Source: an uncultured Nitrospiraceae bacterium (GTDB taxonomy: Bacteria; Nitrospirota; Nitrospiria; Nitrospirales; Nitrospiraceae). Taken from it: a DNA stretch of 64,000 bases. Of the stretch, positions 37,476 through 46,923 are shown one piece after another; position 1 is the first letter of the stretch; every line of letters begins with the position of its first letter. Location of the stretch: positions 1,152,001-1,216,000 of the forward strand of contig CAWJWJ010000002.1 in assembly GCA_963846575.1 (NCBI GenBank). Reading direction: 5' to 3'. The notes beneath the pieces are model-generated. The model was not told the DNA's origin. It saw only the letters and a program-made list of their open reading frames with translations, and made no database searches. The translations under genes were made by a program, and so were the position numbers.

Positions 37476-40400
37476 TCATTCCGGAGCGGCTCCGCGATGC
37501 GTCCGATGTGCCGCGAGCAGCTGATACATAGCCGGAACCAGAAACAGCGTCAGCAGAGTGGAGAGGGCGAGCCCGCCGATGACCACCAGGCCGATGTGCC
37601 GGCGTCCCTCCGCGCCCGCGCCGGTGGCGAGCGCCAGCGGGAGCGCGGCCAGAATGGTGGCGATCGTCGTCATGAGGATGGGGCGGAGGCGTAAGATCGA
37701 GGCTTCGACGATGGCCTCTCCCGCCGCCATGCCTTGATGCCGGAGTTGATTCGCAAATTCTACGATGAGAATGGCGTTCTTCGTCACCAACCCGATCAAG
37801 ATCATGAGTCCGATCTGGCTGTAGATGTTGAGCGTGCCTTGCCACAGGGTCAGCGCGAGCAAGGCGCCGGCGATCGCGGGAGGGACGGACAGCAGGATGG
37901 TCAGCGGGTGAATAAAACTTTCAAACTGCGCCGCCAGGACGAGGTAAATGACCAGCAGGGCGAGGAGGAAGGTGACAGCCAGGTGCCCTGAGGATTCCTT
38001 GAATTCCTTGGATTCTCCGGAATAATCGATCCTGGCGCCGGAGGGCAGATGTTTTCTGGCCAGCGCCTCCAACGAGTCGAGCGACTGGCTCAGCGTCGAG
38101 CCGGACTCCACGCTGGCGCTGATGGTCACGGCCCTCAGTTTCTCATAGTGATTGAGCTGTTTCGGCGCGACCGCTTCCCGCAGGGTGACCAGGTTGCTGA
38201 GAGGGATCAGGTCGCCTTGCGTGCCTCGAACGTGGAGCTGCTCGATGTCGGAGCGCGTCCCGCGGTGCCGGGCCTGCGTCTGCACGATCACGGGATATTC
38301 CTTGCCCTCGCGCATGAACATGGTGGCCTTGCGTCCGCCCAGGAATGTCTCCAGCGTTTTGCCGATCGTTTCGACCGGAACGCCCAGGTCCGCCGCCTTG
38401 TCTCGATTCACCTCGATCCGTAACTCGGGTTTGTTCAGGTCCAGGTCACTTTCGAAATTACTTATCGTCGGATGGGCGGCCAGGTCGGCCCTGATTTTGG
38501 ACACGGTTCCGTCCAGCGTCTCATAGGACGGACCGCGAATGACGATCTGCACCGGCGTTTTACTCTCTTCCTGATTGAACGGCGGAGGCGAGAACGCGAA
38601 GGCCGTGGCGCCGGGTATGGCTGACAGCGCCGGCTGGATCTCCGTGATGATCTCCGCCTGCGGCCGGCGGCGATCGGACCAATCTTTCAGCGTGACCCAG
38701 GTGACGGCGTGGTTGACGAGCGTCGGCCTCCATCCTTTGGCGACGACGCTGTAAGAGGAGTCCAACTCGGGAATCTCCGCCAGAATCCGTTCCGACTCCC
38801 TGGTGTAACCATCCGTGTAGTCCAGGGTCGATCCTTCGGGGGCGCTGACATGGGCGGTAAACCATCCCGTGTCCTCCAGCGGAGCGAGTTCGCCCGGCAA
38901 CCGGAGGAGTAGCAGCCCGCTCGCAAGCACCGACGCGACGGCGAGGCCGAACACGGCCGCCCTGGCGCGGAGTGCGAGGTGCAATGCCGTGCGATAACGC
39001 CGGATCGTCCATTGGAGCCAACCAGCCGCATCCAAGCCGGATCCTGCGCCGGAGGAAGCCGCATCCACCGCGGGTCCTAACAGCCGGGCGCACATGGCAG
39101 GGGTCAGAGTCAGGGCAATGAATCCTGACAGCAGGACCGATCCGGCGACCGCGATGCCCAATTCGGTAAAGAGCCGGCCGACGACGCCGGGAAGAAACGC
39201 GATCGGCAGGAAGACCACGGCCAGCGACAGGGTGGTGGAAACGACGGCAAATCCTATCTCCCTGCTTCCCTCGATGGCCGCCTGCGTCGGGCTGAGGCCC
39301 CGTTCGATCCGGCGATAGACATTCTCCACCACAACGATGGCATCGTCGACGACCAGTCCGATGGCCAGGACGAAGCCCAGCAGCGTGATCGTATTGATCG
39401 AGCAGGAGCTCAGATGCATGATCACGAAGGTGCCCAGAATCGAGCCGGGAATGGCGACGGTTGGAATCAGCGTGGCACGGACACTTCGCAGGAAGACCCA
39501 CACCACCAGCACGACCAGCGCGAGCGAAAGCCCTACCGCAAGATAGACTTCATGGAGGGATTGCTCGATATACACCGAGCTGTCGAATGCCGTGATCAGC
39601 TTCATGCCTTCGGGGAGCAGGGCTTCCAGGACCGGCAATTGCTGTTTCACCGCGCGGGCCGCTTCCAACGTGTTGGCTTTCGATTGTTTCATGATGCCCA
39701 ACCCCACGGCGGGCTTGCCGTTGACGCGCACGAGTTTCCGTTCATCTTCCGGTCCGATTTCGGCGGAGCCGACGTCCTGCAGACGGACGGGATAGCCGTC
39801 CCGGTAGGCCAGGATGAGTTGATTGAACTGAGCGGGATTCTCCAGGCCGCCGCCCATCCGGACACTGAATTCCCGCTGGGTACTCTCGATGCGCCCGCTG
39901 GGGATGGACACGTTCTGAGTCGTGAGGGCCTGTTCGACATCCTGGACGGTCAGCAACCGGGAGGCGAGCCGGTCCGGATGGAGCCACACGCGCATGGCAT
40001 ACCGCCGTCCTCCATCGAGCATGACGCTGGAGACACCGGGCAGGGAGGAGAGTCGATCTTTGATCTGGCGTTCCGCGAAGTCGGTGATCTCGAGTTCGGT
40101 ATGGCGGTCGCTGATCAAGGCCAGCCACATGATGCCATCCGCTTCGCTGTCCGATTTCATCACCAGCGGCGGTTCGATGCCCCGGGGAAGGAGGGGCAGC
40201 ACGCGACTCACTCGATCCCGAACGTCATTGGTGGCCGCATCCAGATTGCGCGTGAGCGTGAACTCGATGGCGATGGTCGACAGGCCCTCGCGGCTGCTGG
40301 AACGTAATGTGCGCAGCCCTTCGATCCCGCTGAGCGCATCTTCGAGGATGGCCGTGATATCCGTTTCGACCAACTGCGCATCGGCGCTGGGATAGGCCGT

Positions 40401-40544
40401 TAACACCGACACGACCGGGAAGGTAATGTCCGGATATTCACGGACCGGGAGGCGCGAATAGCTCAGCAGGCCGAAGAGCATCAGCAGGAGGGTCATGACA
40501 GTGGCCAGCACGGGGCGCCGAATGGAGAGTTCAGATAATCGCAT
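37476..40544 (-). CDS. RND efflux permease (AcrB/MdtB-like, HAE1)
   Basis: SIRRPV, LPVREYP, GLVVDDAIVVVEN, ALTLTPAMCA, GLVTKNAILIVEFA, RLRPILMT. Confidence 0.95.
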   Translation of the reverse strand: MRLSELSIRRPVLATVMTLLLMLFGLLSYSRLPVREYPDITFPVVSVLTAYPSADAQLVETDITAILEDALSGIEGLRTLRSSSREGLSTIAIEFTLTRNLDAATNDVRDRVSRVLPLLPRGIEPPLVMKSDSEADGIMWLALISDRHTELEITDFAERQIKDRLSSLPGVSSVMLDGGRRYAMRVWLHPDRLASRLLTVQDVEQALTTQNVSIPSGRIESTQREFSVRMGGGLENPAQFNQLILAYRDGYPVRLQDVGSAEIGPEDERKLVRVNGKPAVGLGIMKQSKANTLEAARAVKQQLPVLEALLPEGMKLITAFDSSVYIEQSLHEVYLAVGLSLALVVLVVWVFLRSVRATLIPTVAIPGSILGTFVIMHLSSCSINTITLLGFVLAIGLVVDDAIVVVENVYRRIERGLSPTQAAIEGSREIGFAVVSTTLSLAVVFLPIAFLPGVVGRLFTELGIAVAGSVLLSGFIALTLTPAMCARLLGPAVDAASSGAGSGLDAAGWLQWTIRRYRTALHLALRARAAVFGLAVASVLASGLLLLRLPGELAPLEDTGWFTAHVSAPEGSTLDYTDGYTRESERILAEIPELDSSYSVVAKGWRPTLVNHAVTWVTLKDWSDRRRPQAEIITEIQPALSAIPGATAFAFSPPPFNQEESKTPVQIVIRGPSYETLDGTVSKIRADLAAHPTISNFESDLDLNKPELRIEVNRDKAADLGVPVETIGKTLETFLGGRKATMFMREGKEYPVIVQTQARHRGTRSDIEQLHVRGTQGDLIPLSNLVTLREAVAPKQLNHYEKLRAVTISASVESGSTLSQSLDSLEALARKHLPSGARIDYSGESKEFKESSGHLAVTFLLALLVIYLVLAAQFESFIHPLTILLSVPPAIAGALLALTLWQGTLNIYSQIGLMILIGLVTKNAILIVEFANQLRHQGMAAGEAIVEASILRLRPILMTTIATILAALPLALATGAGAEGRRHIGLVVIGGLALSTLLTLFLVPAMYQLLAAHRTHRGAAPE

Positions 40545-40567
40545 AGAGCGGTTCCGGACGCGAGGCG

Positions 40568-41650
40568 TCAACGGGAGGTGACGGGCGGGATGACCCGGAT
40601 TTTTCCACCATCCTGAAGTTTGTGATGTCCGACGCGGACGATGACATCCCGGGCGGTGAGTCCGCTCAGGACCTGCACCGATCCTCTGGTGCGCGTGCCC
40701 AGCTGAACGGCGGTTCGATGAGCCGTGTCATCCTGTACCCGGTAGACGAAGGTCTGGTCCCTGGTGGGAATGACGGCTTCCTCGGGAATCAACAGGGCTC
40801 CCTCCTGCTGGGCCAGGTGCAGCGTGACGTGCGCGAACATGCCCGGCCGGAGCCGTTGGTCCGCATTGGGGATACGGGCGCGTACCTGCACGGCCCTGGT
40901 CGTCATGTCCACCGTGGGATCGACGACATAGACCGTGCCGCGAAACGTTTCTCCCGGATAGGCATCCGTGCTGAGGTCCAGCGATTGTCCCGACGCCAGG
41001 TGACGGAGGAGCGTTTCAGGCACCTTGAAGTCGATCTTGAGGGTCCGGACATCCTCGAGGTTCACCAGGTCCTGGCCGGTCGTCACGAAGTCACCGGGCG
41101 ACACCCGACGGATGCCGAGGACGCCGTCGAAGGGAGCACGAACTTTTGTTTTGGCGAGACGGGTGCTGTACAGGGCATGAGTCGCCTGCGCGACCTGGAG
41201 CGAGCCGGCGACTTCATCGAGCTGCTGTTTGGTGACGTACCGTTTCCCCTCGAGGTCCAGGGGCTTCAGGCGCTCATAGGTCAGCCGGGACACCTTGAGT
41301 TGGGCGGTGGCTTGGGACAGTTCCGCCTGGAGTTCGGAGTCATCCAACTCAAGCAGCAGGGCCTCTTTTTCGACGGCCTGGCCCTCCTGGAACAGGATGT
41401 GACGGATCCGGCCGGCAATCTCCGGCCGGATCACGATCGATTCGTTGGCGCGCAGCGTGCCGACGGCCTTGATGCTGTGCTGGATCGAGTGAACCTGTAC
41501 CGGCGCCAGCACGACGGCCGTTTGGCTGCCGGTGTCCTCAGCCGGCTCCGGTCCTCCGCTCGCCGTCAAACCGTTCCACTTGAGCGCCAGGAGCAGACAA
41601 AGCGCCGACAGGCCGAACAACGTCAGATATGTCCTGCGAGGATGGTTCAT
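40568..41650 (-). CDS. RND periplasmic adaptor (membrane fusion protein)
   Basis: N-terminal TM, GTLRANES, lipoyl/hairpin, RAPFDG, LRPGMFA, IPEEAV. Confidence 0.93.
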   Translation of the reverse strand: MNHPRRTYLTLFGLSALCLLLALKWNGLTASGGPEPAEDTGSQTAVVLAPVQVHSIQHSIKAVGTLRANESIVIRPEIAGRIRHILFQEGQAVEKEALLLELDDSELQAELSQATAQLKVSRLTYERLKPLDLEGKRYVTKQQLDEVAGSLQVAQATHALYSTRLAKTKVRAPFDGVLGIRRVSPGDFVTTGQDLVNLEDVRTLKIDFKVPETLLRHLASGQSLDLSTDAYPGETFRGTVYVVDPTVDMTTRAVQVRARIPNADQRLRPGMFAHVTLHLAQQEGALLIPEEAVIPTRDQTFVYRVQDDTAHRTAVQLGTRTRGSVQVLSGLTARDVIVRVGHHKLQDGGKIRVIPPVTSR

Positions 41651-41733
41651 GGGTGATCTCGCTGCGACGTCCTCGCGGCCATGAACAAACAGAGGCGCTG
41701 CCGAACAGGGATGCCGTCGTGCAGGCGCGTGGG

Positions 41734-42189
41734 CTATTGGAACTCAAGTTTCTTCAGGCCCTGTACGGGCATCTCCACCTGTCCGAAATCCGAGTCGCCC
41801 TTGAAGCTGCCCTCGATGGCCAGGGGGAATTCTCCGGTTTTGCCGTTCGTCAGGGTGATATTCAGCGTCGGCGGAGTTTTCTCACCGCCTGCTTTCACGT
41901 CGATATGCTTGATGCCGTCGAACTTGATGTTGACGGTCGCGGTGCCCCGCTTGACGGGCAGGTGTTTCAATTCGTGGGGGATGAAGGCCGTTTCGCTCAC
42001 TTTTTCTTCCCAATAAAACAGGACATTCTTTAAATCGGTCTGCATGTCTCTGGTATCGGTCACCATGGCATGAAAGGCCTTGTCTCCATTGTGCTGGGCC
42101 TGCGCCGGGAGACCCGCCATGCAGAGGAGCGCCCCCGCCGCCGCGAGGGTGGTGAGCCGGTGCCGGATGTGATGTCGTCGATGCGTCAT
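41734..42189 (-). CDS. Hypothetical periplasmic beta-rich protein
   Basis: GGAGGG RBS and signal peptide (AQA|Q). Co-oriented between tonB and the RND adaptor. Confidence 0.75.
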   Translation of the reverse strand: MTHRRHHIRHRLTTLAAAGALLCMAGLPAQAQHNGDKAFHAMVTDTRDMQTDLKNVLFYWEEKVSETAFIPHELKHLPVKRGTATVNIKFDGIKHIDVKAGGEKTPPTLNITLTNGKTGEFPLAIEGSFKGDSDFGQVEMPVQGLKKLEFQ

Positions 42190-42213
42190 GATTCCCTCCG
42201 ATTCCTGAAATGG

Positions 42214-43287
42214 TTATTCCATGCGGTACGAGAACGGCAGATGGAGTTGCACCTGTTGTTGAGCCATGACGTGCGGAACGTCCAGCGGAAAGGCTTTGCG
42301 AACCATGTCCAACGTGTGACGGTCGAGCAGCGTATGGCCTGAACTTTCCTCCAGGGTCACATCGAGCAGGTGGAGTGCGGCCCCCCGCTGCTCGATGGTC
42401 AACCGCAGAATGACTTTGCCCTGCCAATGGTTTCGTCTGGCTTCCTGGGGATACCGCTTGCGCTGTTCGACGGTGGACCAGAGCGCCTGAGACAGCCATC
42501 CATAGTCGGGCTGGGCCGCCGGTCTCGATCGCACCGGCAGATGCTGCACCGCCGCACGCTGCTGAACCTGAGGCGCCGCGCGCGCCGTGACGGTCTGTTC
42601 GACCTGCTGAGCAGTGGCGACGGGGGCCTGTGACTCTTCGACGACCGTACGCTCGGTGACGGGGGAGACCGTCTGCGTCACGGGGGATGCCGTCGGACTG
42701 ACTGCTGCGGTGACGATAGGTTGCGATTGCGACGTCACGCTTTGCTGCTCGACGGCATCGGTTGCCGCAACCGGCGTTCCGGATCGGACGACCGTCTCGG
42801 TCACTTCCGGCGCCGGCTGCACCGTTTCCTTGAGCGGCCGGGTCACGGGTTCGACCTGCTGGGGCACCTGTTGGATCGCCTGTGCAGTCTGGAGCGGTAC
42901 GGCATCCTGGACCGGCTGCGTTTCCACGGGACGGGTTTCCTGGACCGGCTGCAGGGTTTCCACGGGAGGGGTTTCCTGCACCGGTTGCGGTGCCTGTACG
43001 ACCGGCTCGGCCTTGACCGGCCGGGGTTTCTTGGGTGGAGGCGTTCGAACCGGTTGGGGTGCCGGAGGAGGCGGTTGAACGGGAGGAGGCGCGGCTTCGG
43101 GTTCTTCAGGCGGAGCGGGTGACGGCACCATGGCCACATCCCACTTGAAGGTCTCCGGCGAAGGAGGCAGGGTTATCTCCGCCATCAGCGCCAGTGCCGC
43201 GGTCACCAGCAGGCCGTGGGTGGCCAACGAGAAAATCCAGCAGAGGGTCGAGCGCCGGCGGTGCGATTGAGACAGTTCCTGGCTCAC
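42214..43287 (-). CDS. tonB: Energy transducer TonB
   Basis: N-terminal TM with S..H motif, P/Q/V/E-rich linker and C-terminal YP..ARR...QG.V...SSG..LLD. Confidence 0.88.
   Translation of the reverse strand: MSQELSQSHRRRSTLCWIFSLATHGLLVTAALALMAEITLPPSPETFKWDVAMVPSPAPPEEPEAAPPPVQPPPPAPQPVRTPPPKKPRPVKAEPVVQAPQPVQETPPVETLQPVQETRPVETQPVQDAVPLQTAQAIQQVPQQVEPVTRPLKETVQPAPEVTETVVRSGTPVAATDAVEQQSVTSQSQPIVTAAVSPTASPVTQTVSPVTERTVVEESQAPVATAQQVEQTVTARAAPQVQQRAAVQHLPVRSRPAAQPDYGWLSQALWSTVEQRKRYPQEARRNHWQGKVILRLTIEQRGAALHLLDVTLEESSGHTLLDRHTLDMVRKAFPLDVPHVMAQQQVQLHLPFSYRME
42900..42990 (-). repeat. Imperfect ~33-36 nt tandem repeat in the TonB linker
   Basis: Encodes QPVQETPPVETL-QPVQETRPVET-QPVQDAVP. 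Confidence 0.6.
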
Positions 43288-43658
43288 GAGCGGACCACTT
43301 CGAGGTTGACCTGTTGAAATCCCATGCTGCGGACTTCATCCACGACCGAGACGAATCGTTCGAGCACCGTCACTTTGTCGGCCCGCACCAGCACCATCGA
43401 TTCCCGAGGATGTTCTGTGAGGACGATTTTCAAGCCATCCGGTGGCACCGGCCGGTCGTTCATGAAGAGCTGGCCTTCGGCCGTCATCGTGATGACGAGG
43501 GGAACATCCTTCCGATCCCCTGCTTCCTTGGCCTTCGCCAGTTGGACGGGGACCTGGCCGGTCGTGATGAACGTGGCCGTGGTCAGGACGATCACCAGCA
43601 GGACGAGCATGACGTCGACGAGCGGGATGACATTGATCTGATGGATCTCACGTTCCAT
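43284..43658 (-). CDS. exbD: Biopolymer transport protein ExbD
   Basis: INVIPLVDVMLVLLVI, VRADK, V.V.D. Confidence 0.93.
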   Translation of the reverse strand: MEREIHQINVIPLVDVMLVLLVIVLTTATFITTGQVPVQLAKAKEAGDRKDVPLVITMTAEGQLFMNDRPVPPDGLKIVLTEHPRESMVLVRADKVTVLERFVSVVDEVRSMGFQQVNLEVVRS

Positions 43659-44073
43659 GGAGGACCCTGAACGTGGTGAGGAGTTCGGAGACGCGGCGGC
43701 GCAGCACATTGTTGAGGACCACGCAGGGAATCGCGACGAGCAGCCCGACCGCCGTCGCCTTCAGCGCGAGGCTCAGCCCGACCATGATCGACTGGACCGC
43801 CAACGTGCCGGAGGTGCCCATGGAGTGAAACGTCAGCATGATGCCAAGCACCGTGCCCAGCAAGCCGATATAGGGAGCGTTGGCTGCCACGGTGCCGATG
43901 ACGACCAGGCGTTTGGTTAAGGCGATTTCACATTCCTGCTCGCTGCGAAATCCCCGGAGATCCACACGCCGGTAAAAGGTCCACCGTTCCATAGCAATGG
44001 CGATCGCCCACAGACTCAAGGCGATCAGCAGCCCGATGATGCCGTAATCGATGAGGTGCTTGAGTCCTTCCAT
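43648..44073 (-). CDS. exbB: TonB-system energizer ExbB (short type)
   Basis: IDYGIIGLL, NAPYIGLLGTVLGIM.TF, ALKATAVGLLVAIP. Confidence 0.93.
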   Translation of the reverse strand: MEGLKHLIDYGIIGLLIALSLWAIAIAMERWTFYRRVDLRGFRSEQECEIALTKRLVVIGTVAANAPYIGLLGTVLGIMLTFHSMGTSGTLAVQSIMVGLSLALKATAVGLLVAIPCVVLNNVLRRRVSELLTTFRVLHGT

Positions 44074-44166
44074 CGAAGGGATCCTTTCCTCGTTCCGGGC
44101 GAACCGGCCCTGACAGGCCATATCGAGTTATGAAAAAGTGCGGTGGCGCGTAGGACCTCTCTAGTA

Positions 44167-44193
44167 ATGACGTATGGAAAGATGCGTTCCACA
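44167..44193 (-). promoter_or_regulatory. ECF-type promoter of exbBD-tonB-RND
   Basis: Minus strand TGTGGAACG...CGTCAT (TG-N19-CGTC). Confidence 0.6.
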
Positions 44194-44350
44194 CCCCCGG
44201 AGCATTTAATTTTTCATCTGGCATGGAAGGCCGGTCCCGGTCCGGAGGAAGATCGGACATGACATCCCGTCGAGACGGGCACCGGCTGTGTCAACTCACG
44301 ACAGCGCGGGTCGATGTATGTTTTGAGCACCTGTAGTGACTCATGCCCGG

Positions 44351-44377
44351 TGAGGAACGGGTAGCGTCATTCGTCTT
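44351..44377 (+). promoter_or_regulatory. ECF-type promoter of the fur-like gene
   Basis: TGAGGAACG...CGTCTT (TG-N19-CGTC). Confidence 0.6.
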
Positions 44378-44382
44378 ATTGT

Positions 44383-44940
44383 ATGAATCGAGCAAGGGAA
44401 ACATCGGAGCCAACGGCCGTTCTGTCACAGGGGATCTCCAGATATATGAAAGCGACCTCGTGCCCCGTTTCGCTGAGGAAAACCGGTCGTGATGCGCAAG
44501 AGACCATCAGGACCCTGCGATTACGCCTCGTCCGTGCCCGTCTCAAGTGGAGCACTCAGCGCGAACAGATTGTCACGACGTTCCTGACCCACAATCATGT
44601 CACGATCCGCCGGCTCTACGGATTGCTCAATCGAAACGGACGCCGGACACCGTTGGGCACGATTTATCGGACGATGCGGGTGTTATGCGACGTAGGATTT
44701 GCTCAGGCCCGATCGTTCGGAAACGAAACGCAGTACGACAATATGTCGGTGAAGGATGATCACGACCATCTGATTTGCACGCACTGCGGGCACATTGTGG
44801 AATTTGAAGAGCCTACGATGGAAGGCCTACGACAGGAGATCGCGAAGGAAAACGGGTTCAGCCTGACTGCTCGGAACGTCGAGCTCTACGGGATCTGTCT
44901 GAGCTGTCAGGGAAAAGGGTCGGCAGCAGCGGCCATGTAA
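44383..44940 (+). CDS. fur: Fur-family transcriptional regulator (start uncertain: 44383 or 44446)
   Basis: STQREQI, TIYRT, HDHLICTHCG.IVEF, ELYGICLSC. Confidence 0.85.
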   Translation: MNRARETSEPTAVLSQGISRYMKATSCPVSLRKTGRDAQETIRTLRLRLVRARLKWSTQREQIVTTFLTHNHVTIRRLYGLLNRNGRRTPLGTIYRTMRVLCDVGFAQARSFGNETQYDNMSVKDDHDHLICTHCGHIVEFEEPTMEGLRQEIAKENGFSLTARNVELYGICLSCQGKGSAAAAM

Positions 44941-44950
44941 AAGCGCGGCC

Positions 44951-46264
44951 TCACTTCGATTGCCGAGGGCCCGGCCGTCTGATCGACTTCACCAGCGCGT
45001 AAGCCAGCGATGAAAGATCGTGATCCTGAGACAGGGACGCGGGGCGCTGACGGCGATGCGCGCGCCGCTTGAGCCACCACATGCGGAGCGCGGTTACATA
45101 CAACAGCGAGGGCACGAAGCCGGTGAGCAACACGATCCATCGTCCGGTCAGTCCGAACGCTTCCCCGCTATGGAGGGGGAAAAGCCAGGTGACAATGGTT
45201 TCACCTACCGTAAACGTTCGCGAATCCCGGACGCGGAGCACCGCGCCGCTATACGGATCGATCCATACCTGACTCTGTCCCTCGGCCTCGCGCACCTCAC
45301 CCGGCTGGCGCAGCCCGACCGAATACACAGCGTCGGGACGGGAAGGGAACCCGATCCACATGAGTTTCGCCTCGGGAAGAGCGCGTTGGGCGATGGCTAC
45401 CACCTCTGTGACGGGAAGCCGGTGAGCGGCGTCATGAGGAATGGCACGAGGCTCGACTTCCGACTGGTCATCACGGACCGGAGAGAAGAGTCTCACCGTG
45501 GAGGTCACGGGTCCGGGAAAAGCAAGATAGAAGCCGGTGATGCTGAGGATGAGGAGCACCAACGCACCGGACATGCCGCCGAGCTTGTGCAGATCGTGAT
45601 GGCGGCGGATCACACTCGATCCTGATGTGAAGGTGAACGCGCGGCGCAGGTTGCCCCGGGCCGGCCACCAGAGATACATCCCGCTTCCCACGGAGATGAA
45701 CAGGACGCAGGCCACCACCCCGACGATCGTTTCGCCGGTTTCCTCGAGCAGCAGCGATTTGTGAAGCTCGTATAGGAACGACATAACATACCGGCCCCAC
45801 TGCCGGTCGCTCACGATCCGCCCTATAGAGGGGTCGATCGTGATCACCTGCCAGTGAGTGGCCCCCGGGGTTGCATCCGGCACCCGGAACCAGGCTTGAA
45901 AGGGGCCGCGGTCGTGAAGGGGATAGGTGAGGTTCTCCAGGGGCGGGAATTCAGGATGGGTGGCCTGTGCCCTCGTGACAATGACTTCGAGTGGAAGCCA
46001 CGATTCGACCGGACGAGTCAGGATCTGTTCCGGATTCAGCCAGTCATCGATGGTTTTATAGAAGACCAGGAGCCCGCCCGTCAGACTGCTCAGCACGAAC
46101 AGCCCGCCCGCACACAAGCCCACATAGAGGTGGAGTGTGATCCAGAATTTTCTCCCGGTCCTGCGGGCAGCCGGAAGCTTGTGCCCGGAACCATCGGTTG
46201 GAGTGATGGCGTCCGTGGGCGGGGAGTCCGTTCTGGTCAACGGTTCAGATTGTTCAACAACCAT
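44951..46264 (-). CDS. PepSY-associated TM helix protein (ferrisiderophore reductase-like, FoxB/FpvG type)
   Basis: LHLYVGL, SLTGG, LYELH..LL, SG.YLWWP, DLHKLGG, ITG, IDPYSG, FPLHSG. The start at 46264 is supported by the promoter at 46338-46364. Confidence 0.88.
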   Translation of the reverse strand: MVVEQSEPLTRTDSPPTDAITPTDGSGHKLPAARRTGRKFWITLHLYVGLCAGGLFVLSSLTGGLLVFYKTIDDWLNPEQILTRPVESWLPLEVIVTRAQATHPEFPPLENLTYPLHDRGPFQAWFRVPDATPGATHWQVITIDPSIGRIVSDRQWGRYVMSFLYELHKSLLLEETGETIVGVVACVLFISVGSGMYLWWPARGNLRRAFTFTSGSSVIRRHHDLHKLGGMSGALVLLILSITGFYLAFPGPVTSTVRLFSPVRDDQSEVEPRAIPHDAAHRLPVTEVVAIAQRALPEAKLMWIGFPSRPDAVYSVGLRQPGEVREAEGQSQVWIDPYSGAVLRVRDSRTFTVGETIVTWLFPLHSGEAFGLTGRWIVLLTGFVPSLLYVTALRMWWLKRRAHRRQRPASLSQDHDLSSLAYALVKSIRRPGPRQSK

Positions 46265-46337
46265 ATCGGCACCTGGAAAACCGAACAGGCATCCATATTG
46301 GCCGGATTCCGCTGTGGGCAGAACGGTCCCTCTTAAG

Positions 46338-46364
46338 GAGACGCATGAGAACGCCTGATCCACA
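46338..46364 (-). promoter_or_regulatory. ECF-type promoter of the PepSY gene
   Basis: Minus strand TGTGGATC...CGTCTC (TG-N19-CGTC). Confidence 0.6.
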
Positions 46365-46562
46365 CCGGAGCGAAGGGGCGGAGCTGTCATGACATGGCCG
46401 GATGTACAGGCATCCGTTGATCGTGTGATCTGAGATCTGACTCATCCTGAGACATTCTTGGCGGTGATGTGTCAGCCCGGCTTAAATCGGTCACCGGGGT
46501 GAAGTGTCGCCGATCTCACACGTCATAAGAGTGAGGGCACCTGCGTGGAGTGAGCGGATGAG

Positions 46563-46742
46563 ATGGACATGAACAGAACCGACCTACCGGTCTCCGGCGA
46601 AGATGTGCGTTGTATCTGCGGCCGGATGACGGCCCGGCTTGAACCCCATGGGCTGGTCATCAAGTGCCAGCGTTGCGGGAATCTGGTCGTGATCACCTTG
46701 TCAACGATCAAGGGTCTGAACAAAGTGCGCAAACTGCCATAA
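46563..46742 (+). CDS. Small Com-like zinc-finger protein (59 aa), absent from the ORF track
   Basis: MDMNRTDLPVSGEDVRCICGRMTARLEPHGLVIKCQRCGNLVVITLSTIKGLNKVRKLP*; pattern RCxCG...IKCxRC. Confidence 0.65.
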   Translation: MDMNRTDLPVSGEDVRCICGRMTARLEPHGLVIKCQRCGNLVVITLSTIKGLNKVRKLP

Positions 46743-46923
46743 TCGCCCGCCATCGTGGCGCGTTGTCGCTCCGTGTGAGGCCGGCAGCGCCTGTCCTTCC
46801 GTTCCTGTTCACACCGCTTGTCCGTGAGACACGAGCCGCCGGCCTCGAGAGGAGGCCGGCGGCTTGCAGCGGCCGAGGAGACATCCGCCGGGATACCCGA
46901 TTGCAGATTGTCCCGCGCGACGC

